Assembly: GCA_038214755.1 (NCBI GenBank)
Contig: JBBQRQ010000012.1
Location: 1-64,000, forward strand
Source of the DNA: Verrucomicrobiota bacterium
GTDB taxonomy: Bacteria > Verrucomicrobiota > Verrucomicrobiia > Limisphaerales > CANJXF01
Direction: 5' to 3'
Length of the DNA: 64,000 bases
This document shows positions 1 to 12,067 of the stretch, in pieces. The translations under genes were made by a program, and so were the position numbers. Position 1 is the first letter of the stretch, and every line of letters starts with the position of its first letter. A model generated the notes under the pieces. That model was not told the origin of the DNA. It ran no database searches and saw nothing but the letters and a program-made list of their open reading frames with translations.

Positions 1-140
1 GCGCAACCGGCAGAAAAAACCGCAGCACAAAACCACCACCGACTTTTTCACCGCCATGAACGCCGAACATCATCGCTACGCCATCCGCTGCCTTCATGCC
101 CGCCAGCCAAGCTTTCAATCATCTTCATGAATTGGCCGTG
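1..140 (+). mobile_element. Probable 3' end of an IS transposase (ISAs1-like) with right inverted repeat
   Basis: Open frame 2..129 (RNRQKKPQHKTTTDFFTAMNAEHHRYAIRCL...SS*). Its stop lies inside CATGAATTGGCCGTG (126-140), which resembles ISAs1 termini. Partial, and recognised by resemblance only. Confidence 0.4.
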
Positions 141-229
141 ATTTCCATCTCACGTCGTCTGAGTTGGATCGACATGGTGTAAATAAAAGATAAGCTTTAT
201 CTTTCGCTCGATTGAACCCGGCGTAACTC

Positions 230-3200
230 ATGAGCTTACTGTGTAAAAAATCCGCCGTTGGTTTTCTGACCGGAATTTTTGTCGCCTTCGCGGGCGTCAC
301 CACCATTCGCGCGGACTACATCGGCTCCGTCAGCACCGTCAGTCCCAATTCTTCCGTGGATTCCGCAGCCTCCGAAATTCTCGGCAGCGGCGGCGGCTCG
401 GGCGCTTTCATGTATAAAGGCGGCGGTAACGCAGTAGATGCAGCGGTGGCCGCAGCGCTGGCCGCGTGCGTGGTGAACCCAGGAAATTGCAGTCTCGGCG
501 GCTACGGCGGTCACATGCTGATTTACAAATCTGGTTGGGACGGAGAACCACCGTTGGTGACGTGCATTGATTTCAACAGTCCAGCCGGTTCGCTCGCGTC
601 GTCGAATATGTTCGGAACGAATGTGGATTCCACGACTGGCAAATGGATTGGCGGAGGACAACCGGCCAATCAGTACGGATGGAAAGCCGTGGGCGTGCCC
701 GGCACTTTCGCCGGTTTATTCATGGCGCAAACTAATTACGGTCGAAAAATAAACGGGACAAATTATTTTCCCTTTTCTGAAATATTGAAACCGGCGCTGG
801 CGCGTATCGCCAACGGCCAAGCCGCCGGGACCGCGTATTACACTTTGACGAGCGTCAGCAATTTGTTGATGGAATTGCTCACCAGCGCCGACCCGTACGC
901 CGCATTTTATTCCGGCGACATCGCCATGGACATCGTCGCCGCGATGGAAGCAAATGGTGGTCTCGGGACGTACGCCGATATGGCGAACTACAGGCCGCGC
1001 GAAGTGACTCCGTGTCTGCGCCATTTCAGTTGTCCAAACGGCACGCCTGCGAGCGTGTATGTCGCGCCGCCTGGCTCCGCCGGACTTTCTGTTTTGGAAG
1101 AACTGGTGATGATCGAAGCGCTCGGTTGGACCAACGGCCCCGGCGGCACGTGGGACAGTTTGCACTACTGGCATTCGCGGGCTGAGGTCGCGCGCTTGAT
1201 GTGGAAGGATCACTTTCAATGGATCGGTGATCCGTGGAGCGGAGTGATACCGCCGGATTTTCTTGGCAATGGCAGCACGAATTTTTGCGATCAAATTCTT
1301 GCGCATGCAACTCGCGGTTATCCGTTCGGTTGTCCATCGGACTCAAATGAAATTCGCCTGACCAACAGTCTCGTCGGTTCCATCATCGAAGCGGTCAACA
1401 ACCAAACCAACGTGCCCATCTTCGTGCATTGGGACGACATCCGATACGGCACGCGCAATATTTCTACCTCCGACAAGTGGGGAAATTGCGTCGCATTGAC
1501 CTTGAGCATGGGCGGCGGTTTTGGCGCACAGGTCGGGGTGCCGAATCGCGGTCTTGTGTTCGGACAAGGAATGGCGTTGTTCGATCCGCGTCCCGGTTGG
1601 CCGAATTCCATCGCGCCAGGCAAGCGTCCCGTGGACAACATGTGTCCGGCCATTGTCGTTCCTGATAATCCAATTTCCCCGACGAATGGCGCGGTCGGCG
1701 GGCGTCCACCATTTTCAATCGGCGGCGCCGGCGGTTCCACCATCGAAAACAATATCGCGATGGAATTGGTTAAATATTTGTCGGACCCGCCTTCCAGCAG
1801 TGTGAGCGATCCTTCTGTGTGGCTGTATAACTTTGAAGCGAACAACATTATTTACATGCGCCCGTCCTATCCCGCCGGAGTGCAAAGTTACTTTGGCAGC
1901 GTTGGGTACAGTGCTCCTGGAAGTCCGCCCTCCGTCGGAGAAGTCTCTCATGTCGAGGCGTGGATTCCGCCGGTCATTGTCACTCAACCAGTGAGCACGA
2001 ACATTTCCAGCGGCAGCCCGGCAACCTTCTCTGTGACCGCAACCGGCTTGCCGCTTTTTTATCAATGGTTCAGAAACGGAATCGCGCTGGTTGATGGCGG
2101 AACAATTTCAGGAAGTCAAACCCCGCTGCTTGTTATCACGTCCGTTACGACTGGCGGGACGTATTCCGTCGTGATCGCCAACGGCGCGGCAACCGTGACG
2201 AGTGCTTCCGCAGCGTTAAGTGTCGATGGCGCGCCTGCGATTACGATGCAGCCCTTGAACAGCACCAACCTGGTCGGAACAGTTGCCACATTTTCCGTCA
2301 CGGCCATCGGCTCTGATCCTTTGACCTATCGATGGTTGAAGAATGGTGTGGCGCTGTACAACGGTGGAAATATTTCCGGCGCGACGAGCAACGTGTTGAA
2401 TCTTGCGAATATTTCCGGGGCTGATGCCGCGACCTACGCCGTCATCATCACAAATTTTTCCGGCAGCGTCCCGAGCGCGCCGGCGACGTTGACGGTTGTG
2501 CCGACAAACTCGCCCGGTGGTCTGTTCCTCTACGAACCGTTCGACTACACGAACATCGGCAGCCCCGTCAGCAGCAACACGCCTGCGAACTGGACCTACA
2601 ATGGAAGCGGCGCAAATGATTTGAACGTGACGAGTGGCAATCTTTCCTGGCCGGGTTTCGCGGCCTCAATCGGAAACAGCGTGACCAACGGCGGAAATGG
2701 ACTCGGTGTGCGGAGATTATTCGGGACAAATTTAAGCAGCGGAAAAATTTATTTCTCGGCGCTGTTCCGAATCAACGATCTCGGCTTTGGTTCGTGGACA
2801 GGACAGTCTTCGCAGGTCGGCGCCTTGACCGCTCCCGACAACACCACGTTTCGCCTGCAAGTCATGGTGAAATCAAATTCTCCCAACGGCTACGTCATTG
2901 GCGTGCAAAAAAACGGAACGGGCGCGACAACTATTTTCGATACGACCGAACGTCGCGCCGGCGACGCAATTCTTTTGGTGGGCAAATATGATTTCACCGT
3001 GGCGGCCAACTCCGTCACATTGTGGATCAATCCCGGCGCAACTAATTTCAGCGCGCCTTCCGATCCCATCACTGGTTTCATTTCCACTTCGACTGGAACG
3101 GACGGATTTACGATTGACCGCTTCAACATGCGCCAAAATGCGGCCACTGGTTCGTCGAGTGTCCCAGCCGCAATGCAATGGGATGAATTGCGATTTGGTT

Positions 3201-3457
3201 TATCGTGGGCCGCGGTGACTCCTTCCGCGTGGTCGGGAAACGTCAAGATAAGTAGCCTAACGAAAATAAGCAGCGGTGTGTTTCAATTTGCCTACACGAA
3301 TGGAGACGGCCAAACCTACCGCGTTTTCTCTTCGACCAATCTGATTGACTGGCAATCCATCGGAACCGCCACACAAACTTCTCCCGGCTTATTTCAATTC
3401 ACTGATTCAAACGCAACCAACGTTCCCTATCGTTTTTATCAACTCCGCTCGCCGTGA
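230..3457 (+). CDS. Secreted gamma-glutamyltransferase-family protein fused to two Ig-like domains, a further beta-rich domain and a C-terminal STNLxDW...FY domain
   Basis: Signal peptide; GGNAVDAAVA, SLGGYG, IDF, GVPGT, NSIAPGKRP and GGAGG GGT motifs; two ITxQP...YQW/YRW...YxVxIxN Ig repeats. Confidence 0.85.
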   Translation: MSLLCKKSAVGFLTGIFVAFAGVTTIRADYIGSVSTVSPNSSVDSAASEILGSGGGSGAFMYKGGGNAVDAAVAAALAACVVNPGNCSLGGYGGHMLIYKSGWDGEPPLVTCIDFNSPAGSLASSNMFGTNVDSTTGKWIGGGQPANQYGWKAVGVPGTFAGLFMAQTNYGRKINGTNYFPFSEILKPALARIANGQAAGTAYYTLTSVSNLLMELLTSADPYAAFYSGDIAMDIVAAMEANGGLGTYADMANYRPREVTPCLRHFSCPNGTPASVYVAPPGSAGLSVLEELVMIEALGWTNGPGGTWDSLHYWHSRAEVARLMWKDHFQWIGDPWSGVIPPDFLGNGSTNFCDQILAHATRGYPFGCPSDSNEIRLTNSLVGSIIEAVNNQTNVPIFVHWDDIRYGTRNISTSDKWGNCVALTLSMGGGFGAQVGVPNRGLVFGQGMALFDPRPGWPNSIAPGKRPVDNMCPAIVVPDNPISPTNGAVGGRPPFSIGGAGGSTIENNIAMELVKYLSDPPSSSVSDPSVWLYNFEANNIIYMRPSYPAGVQSYFGSVGYSAPGSPPSVGEVSHVEAWIPPVIVTQPVSTNISSGSPATFSVTATGLPLFYQWFRNGIALVDGGTISGSQTPLLVITSVTTGGTYSVVIANGAATVTSASAALSVDGAPAITMQPLNSTNLVGTVATFSVTAIGSDPLTYRWLKNGVALYNGGNISGATSNVLNLANISGADAATYAVIITNFSGSVPSAPATLTVVPTNSPGGLFLYEPFDYTNIGSPVSSNTPANWTYNGSGANDLNVTSGNLSWPGFAASIGNSVTNGGNGLGVRRLFGTNLSSGKIYFSALFRINDLGFGSWTGQSSQVGALTAPDNTTFRLQVMVKSNSPNGYVIGVQKNGTGATTIFDTTERRAGDAILLVGKYDFTVAANSVTLWINPGATNFSAPSDPITGFISTSTGTDGFTIDRFNMRQNAATGSSSVPAAMQWDELRFGLSWAAVTPSAWSGNVKISSLTKISSGVFQFAYTNGDGQTYRVFSSTNLIDWQSIGTATQTSPGLFQFTDSNATNVPYRFYQLRSP

Positions 3458-3464
3458 AGTTTCG

Positions 3465-4328
<864 letters not shown>

Positions 4329-4510
4329 GTCAAGAAATTAAACGCGGCCAGTGCGAATATCACGGAAAAGAATTTTTTTTCGAAAGATCACGGAAACATT
4401 TCTCGATGTCCCCCGAGACTTGATCCGAGGAAATCGCGCTCTGTACTACACTGTTGAAGGATCGCGCATTTCCGACGAGATGGGTTCAGGGTGTTTGAGG
4501 AACATTTCAG

Positions 4511-4610
4511 TTCAACGCAGAGGACGCGGAGGTTCTCGCAAAGGACGCAAAGGTCGTTTCTCTGTTCTTCTGCGCGCCTTTGCGAAAACCTTTGCGACCT
4601 CTGCGTTGAA
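4511..4610. repeat. 100-bp palindromic element
   Basis: TTCAACGCAGAGG...CCTCTGCGTTGAA termini with internal CGCAAAGG/CCTTTGCG units. Confidence 0.8.
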
Positions 4611-4674
4611 TCCGATAGTCATTGGGTTGCGGCTCCGCTGCGCTGTGACCCACCGCATCCAATTGCGGACGGCC

Positions 4675-4956
4675 CTACTGAACCGGCGTGGTCTGCGCTC
4701 CACGCAACATTTCTGTATGACTCAAAATCAAATCAAATTCTTCCGGCTTGAGTTTTGATTTTTTTCTCATCTTCGTCATCCAGAAATTCCAATCCGTATC
4801 GCTATAGTTTTTTGGATCGTAAAGTTCATGACATTTGGCGCATTTGAGGACGTAAAGTTTTTCGGCGGGCAGGGGCTGCCTCGAACTATTCGTCGCGCCC
4901 GTCTGGCAGGAAGACCAAACGACTGCGGCGAAAAAGCTCAACAAAAAGAATCGCAT
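4675..4956 (-). CDS. Small monoheme c-type cytochrome, probable lipoprotein
   Basis: MRFFLLSFFAAVVWSSC signal, CAKCH heme motif, downstream Met. ATG overlaps the upstream stop (TAATG). Confidence 0.8.
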   Translation of the reverse strand: MRFFLLSFFAAVVWSSCQTGATNSSRQPLPAEKLYVLKCAKCHELYDPKNYSDTDWNFWMTKMRKKSKLKPEEFDLILSHTEMLRGAQTTPVQ

Positions 4957-5771
4957 TAAAATCCAAATCCGAAAATCAGCCGGACGTTCCATCGTTCATG
5001 GCCTTCGAGTTCCAGCCGCGAGTTGTGATCGGGATCGCCGGTAAAATTCGCGCCGTAAACCTGTGGCATCACCGTGAGCGCAGCCCACCATTTCTCATTG
5101 CGATAGCTTAACACCGGCCCCAGAAAAACCGCGTTATTTTCAAATTCCTTGTAGTCGGGGATTTCGCTGTGGTCGCGCAGCTCCAATCCCAGCGCCCAAT
5201 TTTTATGGAAGAAGCGAGCGAGGCCGAGACTGCCTTCCAATTCTCCTTCCGTGCTTTGAAAATGATCCGCCCACTCGGTGGCGTGCGTCAGATTGATCGC
5301 CCATTTCCATTTGCCGAAACGTTGGCCGAGAATAATTTTCTCTTCAATTTCCGCTTCGCTGCCGGAAAAGCGCGGTTCGAGATACAGCGTTAAACCGATT
5401 TTATGATCGGCGGGATTCAAGACCATGTAACGATTTTCGAGGGAGATGCCGTCAAAACTGAATTTGGAAAAATCACGCGCGGGCGAAGTCGTCACGTCAC
5501 GGAAATTTTCCGATTTCGTGTTCAAATAAAGTTCAACGGTATAATTATCCGTGACGCCGTATTCGACAGACTCTCGGATTTGCCAAAGATTAAAATCTTC
5601 CTGGCCAACGGTTTTATTTCTTTGCGCGCGAAGCGTCAGCCACTGCTCAAATTCCCAGCCTGCCTTGGGCATCGTTTCCGGCTCGTAGGTGTAGGTGAAG
5701 AGACGTTCGTTTGCCAAAGCTCTCCCGCCCAAAAGGCAAATTAGTAATCCGATCCACAGTTTCTGTTTCAT
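4956..5771 (-). CDS. Exported, probable outer-membrane beta-barrel protein (DUF6662-like)
   Basis: Signal peptide, alternating aromatic strands, C-terminal Phe (LIFGFGF). Confidence 0.7.
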   Translation of the reverse strand: MKQKLWIGLLICLLGGRALANERLFTYTYEPETMPKAGWEFEQWLTLRAQRNKTVGQEDFNLWQIRESVEYGVTDNYTVELYLNTKSENFRDVTTSPARDFSKFSFDGISLENRYMVLNPADHKIGLTLYLEPRFSGSEAEIEEKIILGQRFGKWKWAINLTHATEWADHFQSTEGELEGSLGLARFFHKNWALGLELRDHSEIPDYKEFENNAVFLGPVLSYRNEKWWAALTVMPQVYGANFTGDPDHNSRLELEGHERWNVRLIFGFGF

Positions 5772-5856
5772 AAAATATTTTTTACGCCGTTGTTTTAATG
5801 AGACTGAATCTCAACGTCAACAAATGATTTTTGTCTTTTCAAACTCAAGAATGGAG

Positions 5857-6159
5857 TTACGCCAATAATTCTTTGGCCCGGCTGGAGATTTCGTTCTCCA
5901 CCCGGCTTTTGAAAAGCAACGCGGCAAACGGCAAATTGATTTCCACGTGAACCACACTCGGCTCCACCAACACATTGCCAGAGATGGAAAATCCCATCGC
6001 TCGAAAACTGAACATCCCGCGATTGTCCGTCCACGATTCTTTTGCATCTGAGACGTTGTGACCAAATTGCGCCTTCGTTTCCGCAACGAGCTGGGTGATG
6101 CGCCGTTGCGCTTCGTCAGTTCCGAGTTTGTGCGGAATGGAAATTTTTATGGCTGGCAT
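5857..6159 (-). CDS. Polyhydroxyalkanoic acid system family protein
   Basis: IPHKLGxDEAQRRI...W...FSF...G...LPF pattern. Confidence 0.75.
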   Translation of the reverse strand: MPAIKISIPHKLGTDEAQRRITQLVAETKAQFGHNVSDAKESWTDNRGMFSFRAMGFSISGNVLVEPSVVHVEINLPFAALLFKSRVENEISSRAKELLA

Positions 6160-6215
6160 GGCGCAAATGTAAAACAAGAGGTTTTCGATTCAACGGTGGA
6201 ATTTCATCCCGGGTC

Positions 6216-6288
6216 GTAGCGGGGTCTCTGTGAGCGCCGGTGAGATGGGGCATCGTATAATCAGCAGCGGTCATAGACGCGCCGCTAC
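6216..6288. repeat. GTAG...CTAC palindromic element (family TGTAGCGGCGCGTCTrTGACCGCCGC)
   Basis: Related arms at 37210-37236, 46911-46936, 47574-47640 and 54916-54943. Confidence 0.8.
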
Positions 6289-6309
6289 AAATTTTCGAGA
6301 TTGGGAAAA

Positions 6310-6717
6310 CTACCGCTGACGACGTTTGACTTTTAATTGCGCCAAAGAATGGGCGAGCGAGGCGCTGACGAGAGCGGATTCTTCGTCGGTGATTTTCTCG
6401 GCGAGCCTGGCTTCGGCACGTTGACGGGCTTCTTCTGCTTTTGCTTCGTCGATGTTTTCGGCGCGGATCGCCATGTCAGTCAGGATGGCAACGCGACTCC
6501 CCGTAATCTCGGCAAACCCTTCTCCGACGGCGAGGAGTTGATCCTGCCCATTTTTTCGCGCGATAATTTCACCGGCCATAATTTGGGTCATCAATGGAAC
6601 ATGGTTCGGGTAAATCCCCATCTCCCCTTTTGCGCCGGGCAGCGTGACCATTTCCACGTCTTCGGAAAAAGTTTTTGCTTCCGGTGTGACGATTTCGAGT
6701 TTTAGTGTGGCGCTCAT
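6310..6717 (-). CDS. atpC: ATP synthase F1 epsilon subunit
   Basis: LEIVTPE, LPGxxGEMGIYPNHVP, GFAEI, C-terminal helical hairpin. Confidence 0.95.
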   Translation of the reverse strand: MSATLKLEIVTPEAKTFSEDVEMVTLPGAKGEMGIYPNHVPLMTQIMAGEIIARKNGQDQLLAVGEGFAEITGSRVAILTDMAIRAENIDEAKAEEARQRAEARLAEKITDEESALVSASLAHSLAQLKVKRRQR

Positions 6718-6730
6718 AATAAACTAGGAA

Positions 6731-6943
6731 TCATGTTAATTTTCCACCAATCAATCCGAAAATGGCGCCTACACCGCCAGTCACGATGGTTTTACAATAT
6801 TCAAATAAATTCTGCTGCAAAGGATTTGGCTTTTCAACGAATGCCACCGAGATCATTACCAATAAACAAATTCCGGTGATGGCAAGAGTGGCTATAAAAA
6901 CCATCTTGAAATGGGGAGAAGACGTGGAAGTTGTTGAAGGCAT
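6731..6943 (-). CDS. Small two-TM hypothetical protein
   Basis: 70-aa ORF with two hydrophobic segments, tightly packed between co-oriented genes. Confidence 0.65.
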   Translation of the reverse strand: MPSTTSTSSPHFKMVFIATLAITGICLLVMISVAFVEKPNPLQQNLFEYCKTIVTGGVGAIFGLIGGKLT

Positions 6944-6951
6944 TGTTCCTC

Positions 6952-7344
6952 TTATACGAGGCTAGTCTGCACTGGGGACGCACCGGAGAAAAAATAATCC
7001 TTTGCTTTCTGGTCAAGTATCGCCTCACGGGTCACAACGTCATCAACTTTCGCTCCATCGAGTTTGACGCCCGAAAGAAGTGCTGAGGTGAGATTAGCGC
7101 CAGTTAAATCTGCGCTCGACAAATCGACATCGACAATTTTCGCCCCTTCCAAATTCGCGCCCCGAAGATCAATTCCATGTAGATCTACTCCAGAAAGACT
7201 CACTCCGGAAAGATTGATATTTTCCAATTTTGCGCCCGGAAAAAGGACGTAAACATTATCTCCTTTAGAAACATAAACCGAGGGACGCGTAGGATTAAAA
7301 ACTGTATCCAGAAAAACCTTTCCCGCTTTCTTTAACAAGTTCAT
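6952..7344 (-). CDS. Pentapeptide repeat protein
   Basis: A(N/D)LxG-type repeats (INLSG VSLSG VDLHG IDLRG ANLEG...). Confidence 0.85.
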   Translation of the reverse strand: MNLLKKAGKVFLDTVFNPTRPSVYVSKGDNVYVLFPGAKLENINLSGVSLSGVDLHGIDLRGANLEGAKIVDVDLSSADLTGANLTSALLSGVKLDGAKVDDVVTREAILDQKAKDYFFSGASPVQTSLV

Positions 7345-7386
7345 GTGCTAAATATCTCAAAAGATTCTGAAGTAGCAAATTTCAAA

Positions 7387-9015
<1,629 letters not shown>

Positions 9016-9090
9016 TCACCTTTCTGCGGATGTCGAAATGCTAAAGATGTCGCTGCTGCTGGAATATCCGCGTACAATTTTCACACTGCT

Positions 9091-10320
9091 ATGGCAACGA
9101 TTGCAATTCTCGGAACGATGGACACGAAAGGCGTGGAACATGGTTTTGTCGCCGAGGAAATTTTACGACGCGGTCATAAAATTTTGGTGATTGATGTGGG
9201 CATTTTAAGCGACCCGAAATTTAAACCGGACGTGACGCGGGATGAAATTTTGGCGAGCGCGGGAATAGAACTCGCCCCATTGTTGCAGAAAAAAGATCGC
9301 GGCGAAGCTGTCGCGGCGATGTCCAAAGGCGCTCCGCTTGTTCTCGCGAAATTGGCAGCGGAGAAAAAAATTGACGGAGTCATTTCTCTCGGCGGCGGCG
9401 GTGGAACGGCCATTGGCACGGCGGCGATGCGCGCATTGCCGATTGGTTTTCCAAAGCTAATGGTCTCAACGCTGGCCAGCGGAAACACGGCGCAATATGT
9501 CGGCGTCAAAGACATCGTCATGTTTCCGAGCATCGTCGATGTTTCCGGCATCAATCGCATTTCGCGACAGATTCTGACGCGCGCGGCGGGTGCGATTTGC
9601 GGGATGGTCGAGAGCGCCCAAACTGCCGAGACCATCTCGGCAGCACCTGGCGACGACAAACCCATTATCGTCGCCAGCATGTTCGGGAACACGACCCAGT
9701 GTGTCCAGCGCGCGCAAAAAATTCTGGAGGAGGCGGGCTACGAAGTCTTGGTTTTTCACGCGACTGGAATCGGCGGGCGCACCATGGAATCGCTCATCGA
9801 AACGGGTTTGGTCGCCGGAGTTCTGGACCTTACGACGACGGAATGGGCCGATGAATTGGTCGGAGGCGTTTTGGGCGCTGGCCCGAATCGTTTGGAAGCC
9901 GCGGCGCGAAAGGGAATCCCCGCCGTTGTCGCGCCGGGTTGTTTGGACATGGTGAATTTTCACGGGACAGAAACTGTGCCGGCGAAATTCAACGGAAGAA
10001 ATTTTTACCAACACAATCCGCAAGTCACACTGATGCGCACCACTCCGGAAGAAAATGCGCAACTCGGAAAAATCATCGCGGAAAAATTGAATCTCTCCAC
10101 CGGCCCTGTTTCAGTTTTATTTCCGTTGAGAGGAATCAGCGTCATCAGCGCGCCGGGCCAAAAATTTTATGATCCGGTTGCGGACAAAATGCTTTTGCAG
10201 TCGCTGAAAAATTCTCTGCGCAAAGAGATCGAAGTAATTGAAATGGATTGCGCTATTAACGACGACAAATTTCCCGAGGCCTGCGCGCGAAAACTATTGG
10301 GGTTTCTGCGGCCACATTGA
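9091..10320 (+). CDS. Tm-1-like ATP-binding domain protein (UPF0261)
   Basis: GTMDTKGxE, GGGGGT, LPIGFPK, SMFGxTT, FHATG and PGCLDMVNF motifs. Confidence 0.92.
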   Translation: MATIAILGTMDTKGVEHGFVAEEILRRGHKILVIDVGILSDPKFKPDVTRDEILASAGIELAPLLQKKDRGEAVAAMSKGAPLVLAKLAAEKKIDGVISLGGGGGTAIGTAAMRALPIGFPKLMVSTLASGNTAQYVGVKDIVMFPSIVDVSGINRISRQILTRAAGAICGMVESAQTAETISAAPGDDKPIIVASMFGNTTQCVQRAQKILEEAGYEVLVFHATGIGGRTMESLIETGLVAGVLDLTTTEWADELVGGVLGAGPNRLEAAARKGIPAVVAPGCLDMVNFHGTETVPAKFNGRNFYQHNPQVTLMRTTPEENAQLGKIIAEKLNLSTGPVSVLFPLRGISVISAPGQKFYDPVADKMLLQSLKNSLRKEIEVIEMDCAINDDKFPEACARKLLGFLRPH

Positions 10321-10358
10321 ATATTGCGACGAGGGACCCGGAGCAGTAGCGTCCCTTC

Positions 10359-10583
10359 GTGAACCCAATCGATTCGCAGAAAACCGTCATGGGCTACGAG
10401 CCGGACCCGTATTTAACGGCGGATGCCATTGATCCGGTTTTGGAAGTCTTCAAGCGCGATTTGGATTTTTCACTTACCGAAAAAAATCTTCGGCTGACGA
10501 CGGATGAGCGCGCTCAACAACTAGTCAACGCCACTCGTTTTATCCGCAAATTCCGTCCACTGGTCACACCGGAAAATCCTTGA
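10359..10583 (+). CDS. Small protein, probable partner/antitoxin of the downstream nucleotidyltransferase
   Basis: LDFSL.EKNLRLT.DER motif; 3 bp upstream of the NTase gene. Confidence 0.6.
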   Translation: MNPIDSQKTVMGYEPDPYLTADAIDPVLEVFKRDLDFSLTEKNLRLTTDERAQQLVNATRFIRKFRPLVTPENP

Positions 10584-10586
10584 TCG

Positions 10587-11066
10587 ATGATCACGGATTT
10601 TGAAAAAGCGCTGAGGATCCTGACTGAAAATAAAATTGAATTCATCGTGGTGGGCGGTGTCGCCGGCACTTTGCATGGCTCCTCTTTTATCACGCAGGAT
10701 TTGGACGTGGTTTATTCCCGTAGCCGAGAAAATATTCAACGTCTCGCTGCAACACTCCAACTCTATCAACCGTATTTGCGGAATGTTGCAGAAGGGCTGC
10801 CCTTCCGTTGGGACGAGAAAACCATCCGCAACGGATTGAATTTTACGTTGACGACCTCTTTTGGGGATTTGGATTTGTTGGGAGAAGTGGCGGGGGGCGG
10901 AACCTTCATCAACCTTTTGCCATTCAGTCAGGAAGTCAGCGGATTCGGTTTGAGATTCAAGATTGTCAATCTGGAGAAACTGATTGTGTTGAAACGCGCG
11001 GCAGGACGGCCAAAAGATTTGGCCGTCATCGCAGAGCTTCAACGAATCTTAGGGCGGGGAGAATAG
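10587..11066 (+). CDS. Nucleotidyltransferase-fold protein (DUF6036/AbiEii-like)
   Basis: VVGGVA...TQDLD...LIVLKRAAGRPKD. Confidence 0.85.
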   Translation: MITDFEKALRILTENKIEFIVVGGVAGTLHGSSFITQDLDVVYSRSRENIQRLAATLQLYQPYLRNVAEGLPFRWDEKTIRNGLNFTLTTSFGDLDLLGEVAGGGTFINLLPFSQEVSGFGLRFKIVNLEKLIVLKRAAGRPKDLAVIAELQRILGRGE

Positions 11067-11108
11067 AATCACTCAGCTGAGAATTTCCTTCCCAATTTTC
11101 TACGGCCG

Positions 11109-12041
11109 TTATTTTGAGACCAGGTCCCTCACCGCGTCCGCGAAATTGGGAAAACGAAATTCAAATCCCAATTCCAACAGCCGACGCGAAACCACCCGGC
11201 GGCTTTTGAGGATCAATTCAGTTTCTGTTCGCATCAAAAACGCGCCGAGCTCCAGCATCCACTCCGTCGCGGGCAAACCGAATGGCGCACCGCAAACTTT
11301 ACGAAAAATTTTCATCATCTCGCGATTGGGAATCGGATTGGGCGCGGTGATGTTGATGTGGCCGCTCAGATTCTCGTGCGCGACAATCCATTCAACGGCT
11401 CGACAAAAATCCTGTTGGTGAATCCACGAAACAAACTGGCGGCCGCTCCCCATTTTTCCGCCGAGACCCAACCGACTCAGTCGCGTCAGCACCGGCACGA
11501 CGCTATTTTTCGCGTTGCCGAGAACCATCGTGGTGCGCAGGGCAACTTTTCTGGTGCGCGGAGTGCGAGCTTCATTGAGCGCGCGTTCCCATTGCTCGAT
11601 GACCTCAATGGAAAATTCATCTTTGGCCTCAGGTGTCGCGCCCGTTGGACTCGACTCATCCATCGGCGTATCGAACGAATGTTTGTAAATCGTCGCCGAA
11701 CTTGAATTGAGCCAGACGCGCGGCGGCTCCTTGCATTTCGCAATTGCTTCCCCGACCACGCGAGTTGAGTTCACTCGCGAATCAATAATCTCTTTTCGAT
11801 TGCGCTTTGTGTAACGGCAATTCACAGATTTGCCTGTCAGGTTGACGATGACTTCCGCGCCTTCCAATTCACGCGCCCATGCGCCGAGCGTTTTGGTGCC
11901 CCAACCCACTTCACGAATGTTGCCGACCATTTGTCTGGGCGAGCGAGTGAGAATGACGACTTCGTATCCGAGTGTTTGAAAATGAGCCGCGAGTGCGCGT
12001 CCGAGAAAACCTGAACCACCAGCGAGAACAATTCGTTTCAT
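11109..12041 (-). CDS. TIGR01777 family NAD-dependent epimerase/oxidoreductase
   Basis: GGSGFLG Rossmann motif, INLxG, SR..ST, GSGRQFVSWIH. Confidence 0.92.
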   Translation of the reverse strand: MKRIVLAGGSGFLGRALAAHFQTLGYEVVILTRSPRQMVGNIREVGWGTKTLGAWARELEGAEVIVNLTGKSVNCRYTKRNRKEIIDSRVNSTRVVGEAIAKCKEPPRVWLNSSSATIYKHSFDTPMDESSPTGATPEAKDEFSIEVIEQWERALNEARTPRTRKVALRTTMVLGNAKNSVVPVLTRLSRLGLGGKMGSGRQFVSWIHQQDFCRAVEWIVAHENLSGHINITAPNPIPNREMMKIFRKVCGAPFGLPATEWMLELGAFLMRTETELILKSRRVVSRRLLELGFEFRFPNFADAVRDLVSK

Positions 12042-12067
12042 AGGTACTCTCGCTCGTTAACGCAGAG

